Positions 59,601 to 64,000 of a DNA stretch of 64,000 bases are shown one piece after another; positions within the stretch are counted from its first letter, which is position 1; each line of letters opens with the position of its first letter. The stretch spans positions 4,160,001-4,224,000 of the forward strand of contig OZ243913.1 of NCBI GenBank assembly GCA_965213705.1. The letters are read 5' to 3'. The notes under the pieces are model-generated. The model searched no databases, was not told the DNA's origin, and saw nothing but the letters and a program-made list of their open reading frames with translations. The position numbers were made by a program, and so were the translations under genes. Origin of the DNA: Trueperaceae bacterium. Its GTDB lineage: Bacteria; Deinococcota; Deinococci; Deinococcales; Trueperaceae.

Positions 59601-61035
59601 GGCTGAACGCCACGCTGGCCGGGTTGCCCTGCAAGTCTTCGGCCCGCACCGTGACGGACGCCGTTTCGCCGGTTTTGTAGGCGTAACGGTCGGTCTGCAC
59701 GTCCAGCACGACGCCCGCGCGGTAAGCGACCAAGGTGCCGCTGCCGCTAATCTCGCGCCGCGCTTCGTCGGTCACGCCCGCTTGCAGGGTGAGCTGGTAG
59801 TCCTCATTGGCCGCAGGCAAGTCCACCGTGACGACAAGGTTGCCCGACGCGTCCAGCACGCCCTCGCCGCGTTCAACCAGGTCGCCGCCGTAACCGCCGT
59901 AACTGTACTCCTCATAAAATCCGTAAGAAGAGGTGTAGCGCCAGCGGTAGTGAGGCTGCCTCAGCAGGGCGTAGGCAACCTTGGCCCCCGCGACCGGGCC
60001 GCCGAACAGGTACTCGCCGCTCACTGTAAAGGTGACACCGTCCCCCTGCACCGCGACCGCCTCGTCAGGCGTCACCGTCACGCGGTACTCGGGTTTTTGA
60101 AACGCTTGCACCTCGAAACTGGCGTAGCTCGTTTCGCCGTTCAGGGTCGTCTCTACGCTGTAGTAACCGAGCGGCGCGGCGGCGCTCAGGGTAAAGCCGC
60201 CGTCAAAGCTGCCGTAAGCGTCGGCGGTAAAGCCGTTGTCGAAAATCTCTTCGCCGTCCGCGTCGTACACCGTCAGTTGCACGCCCTCGCCCGCCAACGG
60301 TGCCAAACCCGCGGGCGCGCGCGCCGTGCCCTTAAAAAACACCGTGTGGCCGGGCCGGTAGACCGAGCGGTCGGTCTGGACGTATACCTTGGCGTCTTGG
60401 AGTGCCCAAGAATTCCAATAAGCGTCGCTGAACGCCCAACTGTCGCCGTACTTGGCGACCACGACGAGGGTCTCAGAGGTGAGGTCGGCGTCGGTGCCGA
60501 ATTCGGTGAGTCCGTCACCGTTTGCCAACCCCTCGGCGTAGCGGGTAGCCCCGTTCAGCAGGTACACCTTGGCTTTGCGCGGCTCGCCCGACGAGCGCTC
60601 CGCCGTGTACGCCAAAACCGTGTCCGCGTCGGTCTTTACGACCAGGGCGAGGTCGCTCACCAAAAGCAGCGTCGCGCTTTTGCTGAGGCCGCTCGCCAAC
60701 TGGGCGAAGTAGAGTCCGTTTTGCAGGGTGCCGAGCGAGAGGTCGCCGTAGTAGCTGTCCGCCTCGAGCGCGTAGCTTTGCAAACGCGTCAGCGCCAAGT
60801 CCGGCGTGTCTTGAAAGTCGGCGGGGCCGCCTGCGTCAAGCACCTGTTCGGGGTTGCCGACGCGGTAGAGCGTGAGGGTGGCGGCCTGGCCGGGTGGGAC
60901 GCTGTACTGGAGCGTCACCGCGTCACCGGAACTGAACGTGCCGCCGCCGTACAGCCAAACCTGGTCGCCCTGCGACGACACCAACGAGAGCGCCAAGAAA
61001 AAGAACAGGCTTATAAGTTTGAGGCTGTTTTTCAT
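56647..61035 (-). CDS. Bacterial alpha-2-macroglobulin with thioester motif
   Basis: TDRSVYRPG, LREDFRDTILW, PDNLTEWR, YPYGCTEQT, QHDDGGWGFW, and C-terminal MYEPE. Confidence 0.92.
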   Translation of the reverse strand: MKNSLKLISLFFFLALSLVSSQGDQVWLYGGGTFSSGDAVTLQYSVPPGQAATLTLYRVGNPEQVLDAGGPADFQDTPDLALTRLQSYALEADSYYGDLSLGTLQNGLYFAQLASGLSKSATLLLVSDLALVVKTDADTVLAYTAERSSGEPRKAKVYLLNGATRYAEGLANGDGLTEFGTDADLTSETLVVVAKYGDSWAFSDAYWNSWALQDAKVYVQTDRSVYRPGHTVFFKGTARAPAGLAPLAGEGVQLTVYDADGEEIFDNGFTADAYGSFDGGFTLSAAAPLGYYSVETTLNGETSYASFEVQAFQKPEYRVTVTPDEAVAVQGDGVTFTVSGEYLFGGPVAGAKVAYALLRQPHYRWRYTSSYGFYEEYSYGGYGGDLVERGEGVLDASGNLVVTVDLPAANEDYQLTLQAGVTDEARREISGSGTLVAYRAGVVLDVQTDRYAYKTGETASVTVRAEDLQGNPASVAFSLETERYVWDDGGSRTVKGQTYRGQTDADGVASVPYEFAEQGSYNLIATAQDAAGRRTEAADYAWVSGDERWYWAYDGLTVTTDKDEYEVGDTARFVVQSPVADGYALVTVEGDELASYDMVKLDGSVLTYELPVTAAMTPNGYLSVTIVGDGVTYTDTAGYRVPPTDKFLNVELTSDADTYEPGATGRFAVRVSDASGRGVRAQVALALVDEGIFLVRPDGTPDIRGFFYALKDNLVGTQLSDWYYFGSSQAFADGAAAPSARAALDEAVFAQGKADFAAADLREDFRDTILWLPALQTNADGLASTTVTFPDNLTEWRLTARALTLGDEVGQKTYSVKTSLPVIARLAAPRFFVTGDEASLRVVGQSNLDTDQEGRLELSADGLSVLEPDPQATTLPAGGRSSADFRVSADKTGTASVTATALTPAASDAVKVPVPVLPHGLRSELGWADAGSGTWTFDLPANTDLGTAAGTLYLTPSLAAAVSPALSYLAGYPYGCTEQTMSRFYPSVLAARAGDLAQLPEEVAANLGDIVAKGLERLYTFQHDDGGWGFWQFDGSSPFISAYVVTGLLEAQEAGYRVKDEFLSRALDYLEAVVQAAPETTTDGGRLVDADAKAYAFLALAQAGRPIDGLGRVVGRADMSPYGLALSVLAFHEVGRDVEANLYLDELLSRVTERDRVAYWETGAPRYYWNDDRVEATAYALQALAELRPNAALLPKVVNWLLLERNGARWVSTKDTAAVVRAALVLADATDESTSDVQVSARLNGADLVSTGLNQTDTGVEVPLDGFNSGRNVLEVNVSGDGTLYSSAAVAYFSEQERFTPQTDNFKVQRRYERLTPVYDAKEQAYTYDRKTLSGPAEVGDYVLVTVTIDPKDAYRYVLVNEPLPAGYRVIEDDGAFRVAGVEPRYGYDYYGWNYWYDGREVYDERVDYYFTFLGEPVTFTYVLRAETPGVFAALPTQAWLMYEPEVRGTGPDATLQVGEGR

Positions 61036-61120
61036 GTCTTTCCCATTCTGCCCGGCGGCGTTTCGAGAGGCCAACAAAAAGCGAGCTATCGGTAGACTAT
61101 TGACAAAACATCGCCCGCGC

Positions 61121-61852
61121 CTAATCGACGATTTTCCAGCGGAAAAAGCCTAAAAAGTTCGGGTTGTCCGGGTCCGGGTGCCAACTGGGGTCGGGGTGTT
61201 TGCGTAAGGTCTCGAGACTCAGCAAGCGCACCTCGCCGCCCTCTTCCGGGCTTAAACCCGTGTGGTAGACGACCCGGCCGTCGCCTAGGTAAACCATGCT
61301 GTGGTACCCCGAGCCGTCCGACAAAGGATGCACGAAAAAGAGGAGGTCGCCGCGCTCGGCCGACTTTTCGCCCCGCCCGAGCGGGACGGCCGCGTAGCGC
61401 ATCAGCTCGGCAGCCGTGGCGAGTCCGACCAAGCGACCGGCCTCGACGTCGTCGGCTTGGAACTTGCCGGGGACAATTCGGAACGCACTGCGGCTGAGCA
61501 CGGGCAGCGGGTAGCTCAGGGTCCTGACGGGCGGCACCTGGGGCGGAATCAGAAAGGGGAAGCGGGCAAACCAGGCGGCGTTTTTGGGCTCAAGCGCCCT
61601 CACAAACGCGTAACGCAGCAACCCCGAGCAGTCCCGTTCCGCCCAGTCGGGGGCGGGCGCGGTGTACTGCGCCTCAGCGACGGCGGCGAACCACTCCCGG
61701 AAAGCGACCCGCTCCGCCGCGCTGGTAAGTTCGACCGCGTCCGGATAGCCGTCGGCGTCGGTGTCGGGATGAGTGTCGGGATGGGTGCCGAGCGACGCGG
61801 CCGCCGCCGAGGGTAGCACGAGCAACCCAACCAACAACAAACGCCTCAACAT
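61121..61852 (-). CDS. DUF1175 (YfaT-like) exported protein
   Basis: FREWF..VAEAQ, RDCSGLLRYAF, GDLLFF, HSMVY, YHTG, W.P...NPNFLGFFRW. Confidence 0.85.
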   Translation of the reverse strand: MLRRLLLVGLLVLPSAAAASLGTHPDTHPDTDADGYPDAVELTSAAERVAFREWFAAVAEAQYTAPAPDWAERDCSGLLRYAFVRALEPKNAAWFARFPFLIPPQVPPVRTLSYPLPVLSRSAFRIVPGKFQADDVEAGRLVGLATAAELMRYAAVPLGRGEKSAERGDLLFFVHPLSDGSGYHSMVYLGDGRVVYHTGLSPEEGGEVRLLSLETLRKHPDPSWHPDPDNPNFLGFFRWKIVD

Positions 61853-62083
61853 TCAGCTACATCCTTTCCCAAACAAGCCTATTAAAATTTACACATAATG
61901 AGTATGATACACACATCACTTACTCGTCAAGAACCGAGCGCCGACTGTGAAGAAGGTGTGAAGCTAGTTTTGCACCTCGGAGCCGGAGGGTTACGGCGAT
62001 TTGCCACAACACTTTGGCTTTGGAGAGGGCTCGAGCCGGGTCAGGACAGCCCGTCTACGGCGCAAAGCGCGTATCATGGCTTT

Positions 62084-63289
62084 ATGTCCAACCACTACGA
62101 CGTCATCGTCGTCGGCGCGGGCGTCGCCGGGAGCGCGGCGGCGTACCGGCTCGCAAAGACGCGCAGGGTTCTCGTTTTGGAGAGGTTCGCGTTCCTGCAC
62201 AAACTCGGCTCCTCGCACGGGGGCTCGCGGATTTTCCGCCACGCCTACGCGGACGCGCGCTACGTGGCGCTGGCCGTCGCGGCGGACAGCTTGTGGCAAG
62301 CCCTCGAGCACGACTCGGGTGAAAAATTGCTTACACGCACCGGCGGCTTGGACATCTCCCAGGAGGGCTACGCCGCGCTGAGCGAGGTCGAGCGGGCGCT
62401 CAAAAAAGCGGGGCGGCCCGTCGAAACGCTCACGCCCGCCGACGTTAAAAAACGCTTTCCGGCCTTTGAGTTGCCCGCGGACCACGTCGCGCTGTACCAA
62501 CCCGACGCCGGAATTTTAGCGGCGACACGCTGCGTCAACGCGCTGCTGCGCGGCGCGGCGGCCAGGGGCGCGGCGCTGCGCGACAACGAACCCGTGACGA
62601 GGGTCGGTGTCTCCCCCGACCGCGTCGACATCGCCACGGCTCAGGGAGCGTACAGCGCCGACAGGCTCGTCGTCACCACCGGGCCGTGGTTAGCTCAAGG
62701 GTTGGCTCAAGGGTTGGCTCAAAGCGTGAGTGAGGGCTCGAGCGAACCTCCGGGCAACCTCCTCCCCGCCCTTCACCCCCTCTTACACGTAGAGCAGCAG
62801 CAGGTCGTCTACCTCAGGGTCGCGCGGGCCGAACACTTCGCGCCCCACCGGATGCCCATTTTCATCAACCACAGCCCACAGGCCGAGGTGTACGGCTTTC
62901 CGCTGTTCGACCTGCCGCACGCTATAAAAGTGTCCGACCACGCGGGCGCGCCGACCATCACCCTGCAAGAGAGAAAGACCGGGTTGATGGAGGAGCGCGC
63001 GAGGGAGACGATTCGCCGCGTGCAGGGCTTTTTGCCCGCCGTGACGAGCGACGTCGTCCACTTTGAAACGTGCCTCTACATCAAGACGCCCGACGAGCAC
63101 TTCGTCCTCGACGTTCATCCCGAGTATGACAACGTCGTCATCGGCGGCGGCTTTTCGGGCCACGGCTTCAAGTTCGGGCCGGTGCTGGGCGAGGTGTTGG
63201 CGGACTTGGCGCTGACCGGCCGCTCAGAGCACGACCTGAGTTTGTTCAGTCCGAACCGCTTTGCAGCGCAGGCCGCGGGCCTGAGTTGA
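62084..63289 (+). CDS. N-methyltryptophan/sarcosine oxidase family flavoprotein
   Basis: VVGAGVAG, GSSHGGSRIFR, CLY..TPDEHF, GFSGHGFKFGP. Confidence 0.88.
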   Translation: MSNHYDVIVVGAGVAGSAAAYRLAKTRRVLVLERFAFLHKLGSSHGGSRIFRHAYADARYVALAVAADSLWQALEHDSGEKLLTRTGGLDISQEGYAALSEVERALKKAGRPVETLTPADVKKRFPAFELPADHVALYQPDAGILAATRCVNALLRGAAARGAALRDNEPVTRVGVSPDRVDIATAQGAYSADRLVVTTGPWLAQGLAQGLAQSVSEGSSEPPGNLLPALHPLLHVEQQQVVYLRVARAEHFAPHRMPIFINHSPQAEVYGFPLFDLPHAIKVSDHAGAPTITLQERKTGLMEERARETIRRVQGFLPAVTSDVVHFETCLYIKTPDEHFVLDVHPEYDNVVIGGGFSGHGFKFGPVLGEVLADLALTGRSEHDLSLFSPNRFAAQAAGLS

Positions 63290-63310
63290 GCCTTTCGCTA
63301 AACTACGACT

Positions 63311-63757
63311 ATGGAAACCACCGGCACGAGCGTTCCCGAAAAACTGCAGAAAATCGTCGACACCTTCAGCAAAGCGCCCAAACCTCTGCGGCTGCAACTG
63401 CTTCTCGAGTATTCCAAAAAAGTCCCGCCGCTGCCCGAGTACCTGGCGGAAAACCGCGGCGCGCTCGAGCAAGTTCACGAGTGCCAGACGCCGTTTTTCG
63501 TCGCCACCGAGTATCCGGACGACGAGCACGTGGTCTTTCACTTTGACGCGCCCCCCGAAGCGCCGACGACGCGCGGTTTTGCGGGCATTTTGGCGGCGGG
63601 CTTGAGCGGTGCGTCGCCCGCGGCCGTTTTGAACACGCCGAACGACTTTTACAACGCGATGGGTTTGGGCGAGGTCATTTCACCGTTGCGGCTGCGCGGG
63701 ATGTCGGCCATCATCGGACGGTTGAAGCGGCAAGTGGCGGAGCACCAGGAGGCGTAG
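63311..63757 (+). CDS. sufE: SufE-family Fe-S assembly/cysteine desulfuration protein
   Basis: LLEYSKK.PPLP, VHECQTP, EAPTTRGFA, SPLRLRG. Confidence 0.88.
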   Translation: METTGTSVPEKLQKIVDTFSKAPKPLRLQLLLEYSKKVPPLPEYLAENRGALEQVHECQTPFFVATEYPDDEHVVFHFDAPPEAPTTRGFAGILAAGLSGASPAAVLNTPNDFYNAMGLGEVISPLRLRGMSAIIGRLKRQVAEHQEA

Positions 63758-63894
63758 GCCGGCAAATGCCGCTAGGGTACGGCGGCTCGAGGCCACCGAA
63801 CACGCCCCGAAAGGGCCGCTCCAAAACCGGAAGCAGGGTCACAGCCACGACAGGCGTCCAACTCGCTTCGACTCAGTTGAAACCAAAAACCGTA

Positions 63895-63923
63895 TTGACT
63901 TTGCCTCAGACAAGAGTTAGCGT
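63895..63923 (+). promoter_or_regulatory. Putative sigma70 promoter
   Basis: TTGACT, 17 nt, TAGCGT upstream of the ATG at 63961. Confidence 0.45.
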
Positions 63924-63960
63924 TAACACGCAGTCAAAACCGAGGGACAAGGGAGAAGAC

Positions 63961-64000
63961 ATGAAAGGTTTGAGGTTCGCTCTGTTGAGCGCGGTGCTGG
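63961..64000 (+). CDS. Start of an exported protein (truncated)
   Basis: GGGAG RBS, then signal-peptide-like MKGLRFALLSAVL. Confidence 0.5.
   Translation, partial: MKGLRFALLSAVL

Noticed and set aside
58603..61095. 830-aa ORF on the + strand
   Set aside because: Antisense shadow of the A2M gene caused by GC-rich codon bias. No protein motifs.
63790..63880. Possible SRP RNA or riboswitch (ccggaagcag)
   Set aside because: Lacks the SRP helix-8 context (CAGG...GGAAGGAAGCAGC) and has no recognisable aptamer.

Overview
GC-rich bacterial chromosomal window, probably Deinococcota (Truepera-like). This is an inference from the Thermus/Deinococcus-style intein-bearing class II RNR and the many leaderless TAnnnT-N6-start promoters. 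Bases 1-~11.7 kb are the right part of an integrative element next to the 3' end of a tRNA-Ile2(CAU) gene. It carries a tyrosine integrase, a repressor/cro switch on a symmetric overlapping promoter, Xis-like HTHs, a Prim-Pol + D5/P4 helicase replicon, a RES-Xre TA pair, a frameshifted IS200 and an uncharacterised secreted/transfer-like operon running off the left edge. The rest is host DNA: zapE, NAD kinase, cmk, aroA; a lipid-carrier (GT2/flippase/GT-C) glycosylation cluster with an orphan enzyme and a PRTase-HAD fusion; GGDEF-EAL; IS5; O-antigen-ligase-like/GDP-mannose dehydrogenase/GT4; nrdJ with two LAGLIDADG inteins; an HNH pair; hisGZ; proB; and a thioester alpha-2-macroglobulin locus. 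Sequence-level oddities are a strong excess of the palindrome CTCGAG, many 12-15 bp tandem duplications at gene ends, and a degenerate ~120-140 bp repeat found twice between convergent genes. No CRISPR array or rRNA was seen. All family calls come from motif recognition by eye, not database searches.
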